DNA from: Candidatus Saccharimonadota bacterium
Lineage (GTDB): Bacteria > Bacillota_I > Bacilli_A > Mycoplasmatales > Hepatoplasmataceae
Reading direction: 5' to 3'
Assembly: GCA_027925225.1 (NCBI GenBank)
Contig: AP027131.1
Coordinates: 150,001-182,000 of the forward strand
DNA length: 32,000 nt
Below, piece by piece: positions 20,858-29,884 of the stretch. The translations under genes were made by a program, and so were the position numbers. A model generated the notes under the pieces. It was given only the letters and a program-made list of their open reading frames with translations. It did no database searches and was not told where the DNA came from. Numbering within the stretch: position 1 is the stretch's first letter; each line of letters starts with the position of its first letter.

Positions 20858-21417
20858 CTAAATTTATGCTTAATAAAATACTTTTCCATTCTTTTTAAAT
20901 TAACTGTAAAATCATTAATTTTAGTTAATTCACTTCTTGCATTATATATTTCTTCTTTTTTGAATGTTAATGGTTCATCAATAATAACATAAGAAATTTT
21001 TCCATTTATCTTTATTTTTTGTTGTTTGCCTTTTTTATGTTTTTTGCTTGTTATTTGCAAAATAACAATTTTATTATTTGAAGTAAAGTTTTTTAAAACA
21101 TAATAAGGTCTATTTTTTTCATATTCATAAATTTGACCAATTTTTCTATCAGATAAATAAATTACTTCTCCTGGAAAAATATTAAAATGTTTTTTATTTC
21201 TTTCATCTAATTTATTTTTAGCTTTTTCTAAATCATCTTTACTATTTAAAATGGCCGCTATTTGATAAGGATTTCTTTCTCTTATTTTATCAACATTTAA
21301 TACAATAAAATTTACATTTGCTTGTTTTCTTATTCAAGAAATCAGCATTTCATTTAATTCATCTTGCTCATCATTTCTAAATTTCTGTATTAAATAGGTA
21401 TATCTTAAATTTTTCAT
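20842..21417 (-). CDS. MazF/PemK-like endoribonuclease toxin domain with a ~78-aa N-terminal extension (191 aa)
   Basis: The frame runs from ATG 21417 to TAA 20844-20842 with one in-frame TGA. Track ORF 21060-20842 is only the C-terminal third. Its motifs line up with MazF/PemK as follows:
- FPGEVIYLSDRKIGQIYEYEKNRPYYVLK matches G-D/E-h-h-W/Y-V..........G.E....RP.hVL.
- NNKIVILQITSKK matches the vivaPiTs strand.
- ISYVIIDEPLTFKKEEI matches s.vl.dQirtidk.rl. Confidence 0.6.
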
Positions 21418-21498
21418 TTCTAATCTTGTATGTCAATATTATTATCTTGTATTACAAAATTTTTTGATAAGAAATTTATAATTTATAATTTAATTTGA

Positions 21499-23211
21499 AT
21501 GCACACACAACAAAACACTTTATTATTAAAGGACATTGATAATAATATTATTTACATGCTTTCTTTTTCTCATCTTATTGATAATTATTGAAAAAGTGAT
21601 GAAAGAAATTTTAATAGTTTAATAAATCAAGAAGGGCAAACATTAAATCAAAAATTAATTTCCATTCAATCTAAGAGAGAAATATTCCAAATTTTAAATT
21701 TAGAAGAATTAAAATTAATAATAAAAGATCTTTATTTAAGAAGAAGTATATTTATACATTTTATTGATAATCATTATGAATTTAATAATGATGAACTTTT
21801 TAAAGTTTATTATAAAATTTTAAAATTTAAAATAAGTAAAAGTTTTTTTAATAAAAAAAAAGTAAAAGAATTTATTTTTAAATATATTAATTATCTTTCT
21901 TCAATTATCTTTTTATATTCAGAAGAAAAAGATTCCTTTTTTTGAGACATAAAAAATATGTATGAAAGAAATTTAATGAAAAATTTTTCAATGATTCCAG
22001 AAAATAGATATAGTGAAATAAATTATGAGGCTGTTAATTGATATAATCATTATTTTTTTAATAAAATGAATAATAAAAACTCAGGAAATAGATATGAAAG
22101 TTTTTTGCTGCATTATGTAAATTTATTAAATGATATTTATAGTATACAAAACAAATTTTATTTTAAAAGTTATATTATTCATGAAAAATTTAAAATAATA
22201 GAAAATAAAAAATATAGTATAAAAAAAAGACACAAAAGTAATTCTATAGTTTTACTTTTTAGAGATTCAAAGAAGCCAGAAAACATTAAAGTAAACTTTG
22301 CATTATTTGATTATAGAATTTTTTTAATTATAGAATTTAAAAAAATTTTTAATAAAATGAATAAAAATTATGAAGAAGAAATTTTAAAAAAAATAATAAA
22401 ACAAGCAACAATAGAATTAAAGAAAAGAAATAAAATAGATAATTATTTTTCAATGTTTGATTTTTTACATATTTTATTTTCAAATGATGAAATTGAAAAA
22501 TTAAGTGTAATAGAGAAATCTACAAAAAAATGATTTAAAGATTTAGATAGTAATAATTATCAAAAATTTATTAAAAAAAAGATTATTACTGCATATATCT
22601 ATAATAAATTAAACCTTAATATTTCATTTTCCTTATTTTTAAAAAAATATTCAAGATTAAAAATTACAGAATTTTTATTATATTATTTTGTAATGAATGA
22701 AAAAAAGGAAAGTCACACATTTTTAAGAACATGAGAACTTTTTTTAAAAGATTATGAGGAGAAAAATTTAAATTTAAAGTTTTTAAATTTTAAAATTAAA
22801 AGAAAAATAAATATTAATAAAAATAAATTTATTTATATAGTTGGAACAACAAAGGACTTTTTTAAATTTTATTTTTTAATAAAAAATAAAAAACATATTT
22901 TAAGAATAGCAAAAAGAAATAGAATTAAAAATAATTCTGAATATTCAATAAAGTATGTTTGAAAAGAAATAGAAAAAATAATTTTATTAAAGCTTTTAAA
23001 TAAAGATGAAAATCTTACAATTGTTAGAAAATATGAGGAAGTAAAAGAAAATAATAAAAATGTAATAAAACCTTTATTTCATAATTATAGAAATTATATT
23101 GCTCATTTGGGAAATGGAAATGAGAATTTTTTTATTTCATATAAGGACTATGTAAGGAAAAAATGAAAAGTAAAAGAAATTATCAAAAATAATGATTTTT
23201 ATCAAAATTAA
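21499..23211 (+). CDS. 570-aa protein with two Rx4H (HEPN-type) motifs; putative tandem-HEPN RNase
   Basis: The frame runs from ATG 21499 to TAA 23209-23211. I checked every codon; the only interruptions are seven TGA codons, and track ORF 22066-22533 is an internal piece. The motifs are LYLRRSIFIHF (the R-S-I-F-I-H codons are 21742-21759) and FHNYRNYIAHLGNG (the RNYIAH codons are 23089-23106, about 35 aa from the C-terminus). An alternative start at ATG 21430 is possible. Confidence 0.55.
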
Positions 23212-23320
23212 TTTTAAAGTAATATAATGATTTTGGTTATGTTTTGTTTTTATAATAAATTCAAACTTAGCTCATTCAAATAGTTTGTTTTAGTATTAAT
23301 TGTAGAAATTAATCTAAAAT

Positions 23321-23350
23321 AAAAAAGGGAGATTTTCTCCCTTTTTGTTT
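23321..23350. terminator. bidirectional rho-independent terminator
   Basis: The sequence AAAAAAGGGAGATTTTCTCCCTTTTTG has a GC-rich stem (GGGAG/CTCCC, extendable into the flanking A and T runs), a 5-nt loop and a T-run on both strands. It lies between the convergent HEPN-like gene and manA. It is the only GC-rich hairpin I found in the window. Confidence 0.7.
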
Positions 23351-23356
23351 TATTAT

Positions 23357-24313
23357 TTATTTTAAATTATTTGGATATGCTACTAAAAGAGTCATTTTTC
23401 CATCAATTATTAATCTATCAAGTTCATCTGAAGTTATTATTATATTTTCATTTTTTAATAAAGCAGAATTTCCTATTATTCCATGACCTTCTAAACAATT
23501 TATTGTTAAAAAATTTACTTTATTTTTAGGAAGTTTAATTTTTACTTTCTTAAATATTTCTCATTTTTCTAATGTAAAATTATTATTTTTTGCAAGCTCA
23601 ATTATTTTTATGCTCTCATTTGTTATATTTTCAATTGCTTCAGAAGATTTTATTAAATTTTTTTCATTTATTGATTTTAATATTTTTTTAATTTGCGTAT
23701 TATCAATATTTAATAATTTTTCTTTATCTTTTTCTTTTTCGTTAAATATAATTATTGGCTTTCCAGTATTATCCTCTACTGAAAAAATTAAACTATTTGC
23801 CTTTATGTTGTATATTGTGCCAGAATTAACATTATAAGCTTTATTTTTTTCTAAACTTTCTTCTTCAAAAACAAATTTTCAATCATAAAATTTTAAAGCA
23901 TTTTTTAAAAGACTTTTATTTTTTATGCCTATTACAAATTTTTCTTTTTCATCAAGATCTAATGGATATCAAATTTGATTTGTTTCATTTGTTTTTTTCT
24001 TCATTGAAAAAAAACTAATTTTTGGATTTACAACAACAGGTAAATTTTTTCCTGTATTTATTATTTTTATTGAAAAAGGAAATTTATCTTTGTAATAATT
24101 ATTAAAAAGTTTTTCTCTATTTTCTTTATAAAATTCATCAAGATATTTATTTGTTCCTATTATTCTATTTATATTATCTCCATCACCAGAGAATAAAACA
24201 ACTTCTCCAATTTTTCCATGATTAGCATTATTTTCTTTTTTATTAAAAACTTTTTTAATATCATTTCCGCCTCATGGTTTTTTAACAAATATTGGTTCTA
24301 TTTTGAGTATCAT
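23357..24313 (-). CDS. manA: mannose-6-phosphate isomerase, class I (Bacillus-type PMI)
   Basis: The frame runs from ATG 24313 to TAA 23359-23357 (318 aa) with four TGA codons. The N-terminus MILKIEPIFVKKPWGGNDIKK...HGKIGEVVLFSG...FPFSIKIINTGKNLPVVVNP matches the PMI pattern (P.F.E+.WGG / IGE.W..S / FP.LIKI.DA...LSVQVHP). The conserved W of WGG is TGA 24274-24272. Confidence 0.85.
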
Positions 24314-24483
24314 ATTATTCCTTTCATTCCTAAAAACAACTAAATATTCCCTATAATATTATTATAAGTATTATTACTTTTAAAATCATTTTATTATTTT
24401 TTTTTATAAATTTTTAAAAAAATGAGAAAAGAAGAAATTTATTTATAATGTTGTATTTAGATTTTGAAAAGGAAAATCATAGT

Positions 24484-25584
24484 ATGAAAAGAGATAAAAA
24501 AACAGAACAAATAAATTTAAGAGTTACAAAAGAAGAAAAAGAAAGAATAAAATATTTATCAAAAAAAAGCAAACAATCTTCTCTTTCTAAATACATAATA
24601 AACCGTAGTTTAAATTTAGAAAATGATGATAATCTATCTTTTAAAAGGATTAATACATTGACAATTAACCCTTGGATATTATGTAGATTAAATATTAAGG
24701 AATTAAACAATAATATAAATTATGATACAAATGATTTAAATATTGAAATTATGGGTTCTGGAATAATTGCCTCAAAAATTATTAAGAAATTCAATTTACA
24801 AACCTTAACTATGCATTATTCTGGAGGTTTTACCGGTAAATATCTTATAGATAATTTAATAAATGAAAATATCGAACAAATACAATATGAATCAGAAAAA
24901 AATTCAAGAGTAAATTTAGATGTTTTCTATGATATTAATAAAAAAATTTCATTTGCAGGAGAGCCTTCAAAAATTAATGCAATATCAAAACAATTTATTT
25001 TAAAAAAAATAAGAACATTTTCTTCAAATGATATGTTTCTTATTACAGGAGATTTTCATAAAGATGATGAAGATTTTATTTACGAAATGTCAAAAGTTGC
25101 AAATAAAAATGGTGTAAAATTAATTTTTGATTTAAATAAAAATTTTAATAATATATTATTAAAATTTAATCCAATAATTATTAAATTGAAATATATTGAT
25201 TTATTAAATTATTATTCTAATTTTAAATTAATTGATGATTTAAGTAATAAAGATAATTTTGAAAAATTTAAAAAAATTTTACTAGAGCTTAGAGAAAAAG
25301 GAGCGCAAAATATATTGATAACATTCGACAGCAAAAGATCAATGCTTTATGATAGTGATTCAAATTTTTTTACTGCATTTATTGATTATGAATTTAAAGA
25401 TAAATCATATCAAGGTTCAGATGATGTTTTTATTGGAGCTTATGTATCTAATTTTTTAATAAACTCTTATGAAGCATTCCTTTATGCGAATGCAACAAAG
25501 ATGGCTTCGATTTCCAAAGAAGGAATTCCTAGTATTGATGAAATTAATATAATGAAGAAAAATGTAAAAATAAAAAAACACTAA
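24484..25584 (+). CDS. fusion of a ribbon-helix-helix (MobC/CopG-like) domain to a divergent 1-phosphofructokinase-like PfkB domain
   Basis: The ORF is continuous in the track (24448-25584). ATG 24484 is preferred because AAGGAAA lies about 9 nt upstream. Residues 10-43, INLRVTKEEKERIKYLSKKSKQSSLSKYIINRSL, follow the RHH pattern. From residue ~56 the sequence aligns to FruK: TLTINP, GSGIIASKI, HYSGGFTGKYLIDNLINENIE, SRVNLDV, GAQNILITFDSKRSML, and GSDDVFIGAYV in place of GAGDS..AG. Confidence 0.7.
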   Translation: MKRDKKTEQINLRVTKEEKERIKYLSKKSKQSSLSKYIINRSLNLENDDNLSFKRINTLTINPWILCRLNIKELNNNINYDTNDLNIEIMGSGIIASKIIKKFNLQTLTMHYSGGFTGKYLIDNLINENIEQIQYESEKNSRVNLDVFYDINKKISFAGEPSKINAISKQFILKKIRTFSSNDMFLITGDFHKDDEDFIYEMSKVANKNGVKLIFDLNKNFNNILLKFNPIIIKLKYIDLLNYYSNFKLIDDLSNKDNFEKFKKILLELREKGAQNILITFDSKRSMLYDSDSNFFTAFIDYEFKDKSYQGSDDVFIGAYVSNFLINSYEAFLYANATKMASISKEGIPSIDEINIMKKNVKIKKH

Positions 25585-25616
25585 TGTGTTTTTTTATTTT
25601 TTTAAGATAAAATATT

Positions 25617-25712
25617 CTATTTTGACATTGTGTTGTCTTTATTTTTTTCGTCTTTTTTTACTTTATCTTTATTTTTGTCTTTCTTTTCTCAGAATTTTCA
25701 ATTCATTGCCAT
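25617..25712 (-). CDS. candidate small Lys-rich protein (31 aa)
   Basis: The frame runs from ATG 25712 to TAG 25619-25617 and encodes MAMNWKFWEKKDKNKDKVKKDEKNKDNTMSK (two TGA-Trp codons). GAGGT lies 8 nt upstream of the ATG, one of the clearest Shine-Dalgarno matches in the window. I cannot assess homology or conservation for it. Confidence 0.3.
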
Positions 25713-25822
25713 ATTTTTTACCTCATTTTTATTTTATACATTTTTTTCAAAAAAGTAACAATATAATTATATTATAAAAAGTAAAAAATTTTTTTTTATT
25801 AAGATTAATTTAAAATTAAATT

Positions 25823-26659
25823 ATGACTGGGATAATAATTTCATCAAACATTAATACATATAAAGTAAAAATAAAAAATAAAACCTATAATGCTTTCTCT
25901 ACAAATCAGTTAAAAAAAAATAAACTTTATGTAGGGGATAAGGTTGAAATTGAAATTTTAGAAGATAAAAGAATTATTATAAAAAAAGTTTTAGAAAGAA
26001 AAAATTTTTTTATAAGACCTAGAGTTGCAAATATCGATAATGCAATTATTGTAAATTCAACAATAGAGCCTATTTTTAATGATTATTTTTTAGATAAGCT
26101 TATTACTTTTTTTCAATTTCAAAATGTTAAGCCAATTCTATTGTTTACAAAAATTGATCTTTTTTTAAATGATGAAATTAAAATATTAATTTCTGAATAT
26201 AAAAAAATGGGATATATTGTATTGCTTTTTAAAAATGGCTTTGATAAAAAAAATTTTCTTTTATTTCAAAATGAAACAAAAAATAAAATAAATGTTTTTA
26301 CTGGTAATACAGGGGTTGGCAAAACCACAATTGTTAATTCGCTTTCAAAAAATTTAAATTTAAAAACACAAGAAATTTCAAGATTTTTGAAAAGAGGAAA
26401 ACATACAACTACCAATTTAATTTCATATGAAATTTTTGAAAACTCTTTTTTTATTGATAGCCCAGGTTTTTCAATTTTTCAAAGCGATATGAATAAAATT
26501 GATATAGCTCATAATTTTTTAAATTATTCACTTTATTTAAAAGATTGTAAATTTTCTAATTGTTTACATAGAAATGAATCTGGTTGTAATGTAAGAGAAA
26601 GATATTCTAAAAGAAAATATATGAATTATTTGAAATTTTTAGATGAGGTAAAGAATTAA
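25823..26659 (+). CDS. rsgA: ribosome small-subunit-dependent GTPase A
   Basis: This is an uninterrupted 278-aa ORF with circularly permuted GTPase motifs (LLFTKIDL, then GNTGVGKTTIVNSL) and the C-terminal Zn knuckle CKFSNCLHRNESGCNV. Confidence 0.9.
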   Translation: MTGIIISSNINTYKVKIKNKTYNAFSTNQLKKNKLYVGDKVEIEILEDKRIIIKKVLERKNFFIRPRVANIDNAIIVNSTIEPIFNDYFLDKLITFFQFQNVKPILLFTKIDLFLNDEIKILISEYKKMGYIVLLFKNGFDKKNFLLFQNETKNKINVFTGNTGVGKTTIVNSLSKNLNLKTQEISRFLKRGKHTTTNLISYEIFENSFFIDSPGFSIFQSDMNKIDIAHNFLNYSLYLKDCKFSNCLHRNESGCNVRERYSKRKYMNYLKFLDEVKN

Positions 26660-26681
26660 TTTATTATAATTTCTAATCAAT

Positions 26682-28703
26682 ATGAATAAAAAAGAAAAAA
26701 AAACCATAGATAAAAATTTAAAAAATAATTCAAATTTTAAAATAAGTGAAAAAGAAAATGATTCTAAAGATAGAATGAATGATCATGATTTGGATAGTTT
26801 TCCCACATATCTTTGAAAATTAATTCTTGGTATTATTATTCTTGTTTTTGTTTTTATTTCTTCATTCGCAAAAAATCCAGAGGGTGATTTTTTAAAATTT
26901 ATAACAAATGATTGATTTACATTTTTTCTTGCTACTATAGTAATGATTATTTATGGAATAGATTATTTTAGGGTTTCTTTCATTGCTTTAATTCATGGAA
27001 AAGTCTCTGAAAATTTACTTGTTTCATTTTCAATGATTGCTTCTTATACTTTTTCTTTTGTTACAATTATTGTTTGACCCGATTCAAAGGTAATGTTTGA
27101 AGCAACATCTGAAGTTGCAATAATTATTTATTTTGGTAATTATTTAGAAGAATATCTTTCTAAAAAAATTACAAAAGATTTGAATAATACATTAGAACTA
27201 TATTCAAAGGAAGCAATAATTTTAATTGATGGTGAAGAAAAAAAAATAGCACCAAGTGAAATAAGACCAAATGATATTATGGTTGTTTATCCGGGCGAAA
27301 AAATACCAACAGATGGAATTATATTTTCAGGAATTACTGAAATTGATGAATCTACGTTTACGGGAGAAAGTTTATATATTACTAAGAAAAAAGGAAATTT
27401 TGTTTATGGAAGCACAATTTCGAAAACAAAAATTTTAGTAAAAGCAACAAAAGAAATAAAAAATTCAATATTAAGTCAAATTATTGATAAAATTGAAGAA
27501 ACAAAAAATGCAAAACCAGATACTCAGAAAATTGCTGATAAAATTGCTCAATATTTAATTCCAATTGTTCTTATTGTTTCATTGATTACCTTTATGTTTT
27601 ACTTAATATTTGCTAATGATGTATATGAATCATTTCAAGTTTGGGTAACCGTTCTTGTTGTGGCTTGTCCTTGTTCTTTCGCCATGCTCACTCCACTTTC
27701 AATTTTGGTTGCAAACAGTGAATCTGCTAAAAAACATATAATTTTAAATTCTAAGGAAGTATTTGAAAAAATTACTACAATTGACTCAATTTTATTTGAC
27801 AAAACGGGTACTTTGACCAAAGGTAAAATTTCAGTTATTGATTATAAACTAGATCAAGACATTATTCCTATTTTAGTTTCAGCAGAGAGGAATTTTAATC
27901 ATCCTATTTCTAAAGCAATTGTTAAATATTTTTCAAATTATAAGGAAATAAAAAATGATATTAAATATGATCAAATTTTAGGTAAGGGAATTTTAATTAA
28001 ATACAAGGAAAAAAAATATTACATTGGATCAAATAATTTTGCAAAAGAAAAAATAAATTATGAAGAAGAAGATTTTTTTAAAAAAATAAAAAACGAAGGA
28101 AAAAGAATAATTTATTTTTTTGATGATAAAAAAATACTTGGTCATATTGTATTGGCAGATAAAGTAAAAGAAGAAGCAAAAGATGTAATAAAAAAATTAA
28201 ATGATAAAAATATTGAGGTTTTTATGGTTACGGGAGATTCAAAAAGAAATTCTGAATTCATTGCAAAAGAATTAGGAATTAAATTATCAAATATTTATGC
28301 TGAGGTTTTACCTATAGATAAATCAAAAATTGTTAAAAAAATGCAAGATGAAGGTAAAAAGGTTGCTTTTGTAGGAGATGGAATTAATGATTCAATAGCT
28401 CTTGAACAAGCAGATTTAGGAATATCAATGGGTTCAGCAAATGATATTGCAATTCAATCAAGTGATATAACAATTCAAAATAATAATTTACATAATGTTT
28501 ATTTAGCAATAAAATTTTCAAGAACAACAGTTTTTACAATTTATTTTGGATTTTTTATTGCTATTTTATACAATGCTATTTTTATTCCTCTTGCAATGGC
28601 AGCAGTTCTTACGCCCCTTATAGGTGCTATAGCGATGATGCTTAATGATACAATGGCTCTTTTTGTTGCACTTTCACTTAAACGTTTAAAATTTAAAAAG
28701 TAA
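26682..28703 (+). CDS. P1B-type (CPC motif, CopA-like) heavy-metal-translocating P-type ATPase, without an N-terminal metal-binding domain
   Basis: The frame runs from ATG 26682 to TAA 28701-28703 (673 aa). Three TGA codons lie before track ORF 27093-28703. The motifs are TGES, the transmembrane ACPCSF, DKTGTLT, the HP dipeptide (NFNHPISKAI), MVTGD and VGDGINDS. Confidence 0.9.
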
Positions 28704-28756
28704 AACCTTTATGCTTTATAATTAAGAAAAGCATTATATAAAAATAAGGATTTAGT

Positions 28757-29842
28757 ATGAAATATTCAAAAAAATTAAAAAAATATTCAATGGAATTGGC
28801 AGCTCTTGATGGTGTTGCGGCGCATGAAAATGAAGTTGCAGATTATGTTATAAGAGAACTACATAATTTATCTAAAGTTAAGGTAGAAAGAGATGGATTG
28901 GGTTCTATTGCTGCAATTTTAAAATCATCAATTAAGGATGCTCCAACTGTTTCTTTTACAGCTCATATGGATGAAGTTGGTTTTATGATTACTAAAATTG
29001 ATTCAAAAGGTTTTATTAAATTTGCCCCTATTGGTGGTTGATGAAGTCATGTTGTTTTAGCAAAATTATTGAAAATTAAATCAAGTGGAGGAGAAGATAT
29101 AATTGGCGTTGTTGGTTCAACACCCCCTCATTTATTGAAACCAGAAGAAGCTAAATTGACAATACCTTTAAAAAATATGTTTATTGATATTGGCGCTAAC
29201 TCAAAAGAAGAAGTAGAACAAAAGGGTATTAAAATAGGTGATCAAATTGTCCCTGCTTCACTTCCTCCTTTTGAAATATTAAATGATAGAATAATGGCAA
29301 AAGCACATGATAATCGTATTTCTGTTGCAGTTGGGCTTGAATTACTTCGTTTTTTAAGCAATGAAGATTTAAAATGTAATTTTATTTTTGTTTTTTCAAC
29401 ACAAGAAGAAGTAGGACTTAGAGGAGCAAGAACATCAGCTTATAAATGAAAACCCGATGTTGGATTTGCTATTGATGTAACAATTGCAAATGATGCACCA
29501 GGTATGGAAGATAGAGATACTAAATTGGGTGCAGGAGTTGCTCTTTCTCATTTTGATTCATCTATAATTGCTAATCCAAAGCTTGTAAACTTAATGGAAG
29601 AAATTGCTAAAAAAAATCAAATAAAATACACATTTGATTCTTTAATGGGTGGAGGAACTGATGCTGGAATAATACATCTTTCAAAAGATGGTGTAATTTC
29701 AATGACTCTCTCAATTCCATCTAGATATATGCATTCTCATCATTCGATAATTGATTTAAAAGATGTGCAATGTACTGTTGACTTAATATTAGCTTTTGTA
29801 AGAGAATTCAATAGTAATATTTTTTATGATCTTAAATTTTAA
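28757..29842 (+). CDS. M42-family (glutamyl) aminopeptidase
   Basis: Track ORFs 28757-29041, 29069-29449 and 29504-29842 are one frame joined by TGA codons (29039, 29042, 29447). The pattern is G.AAHENEV...FTAHMDEVGFMIT...PIGGWW...AKAHDNRISV...STQEEVGLRGA...AIDVT...GGGTDAG...IPSRYMHS, with all the metal-ligand blocks of M42 peptidases. AAGGA lies 8 nt upstream of the ATG. Confidence 0.85.
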
Positions 29843-29884
29843 TAATTGCTTTTTTAATTTATAAATTATTATAATTTATATTGT

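Noticed and set aside
21499-23211. Calling the two-HEPN-motif protein a Cas13-type effector.
   Set aside because: At 570 aa it is far smaller than any Cas13 I know of. There is no repeat-spacer array and no cas gene anywhere in the 32 kb. I keep only the generic HEPN-type inference.
24397-24405. Homopolymer runs as phase-variation switches: T9 in the manA/RHH-FruK spacer, A9 at 26695-26703 in the ATPase 5' end, and A9 at about 10393-10401 in plsC.
   Set aside because: Runs of 8-10 A or T are expected by chance at this base composition, and the affected genes read through intact. Only the tracts that actually coincide with frame breaks (5720-5726 and 16158-16170) are reported as findings.
25586-25777. 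Plus-strand track ORF 25586-25777 (MFFYFFKIKYSILTLCCLYFF...).
   Set aside because: It is a pyrimidine-rich low-complexity stretch starting 2 nt after the fruK-like stop, with no SD. The opposite strand holds a short ORF with a good SD, which is the more plausible candidate, though still weak.
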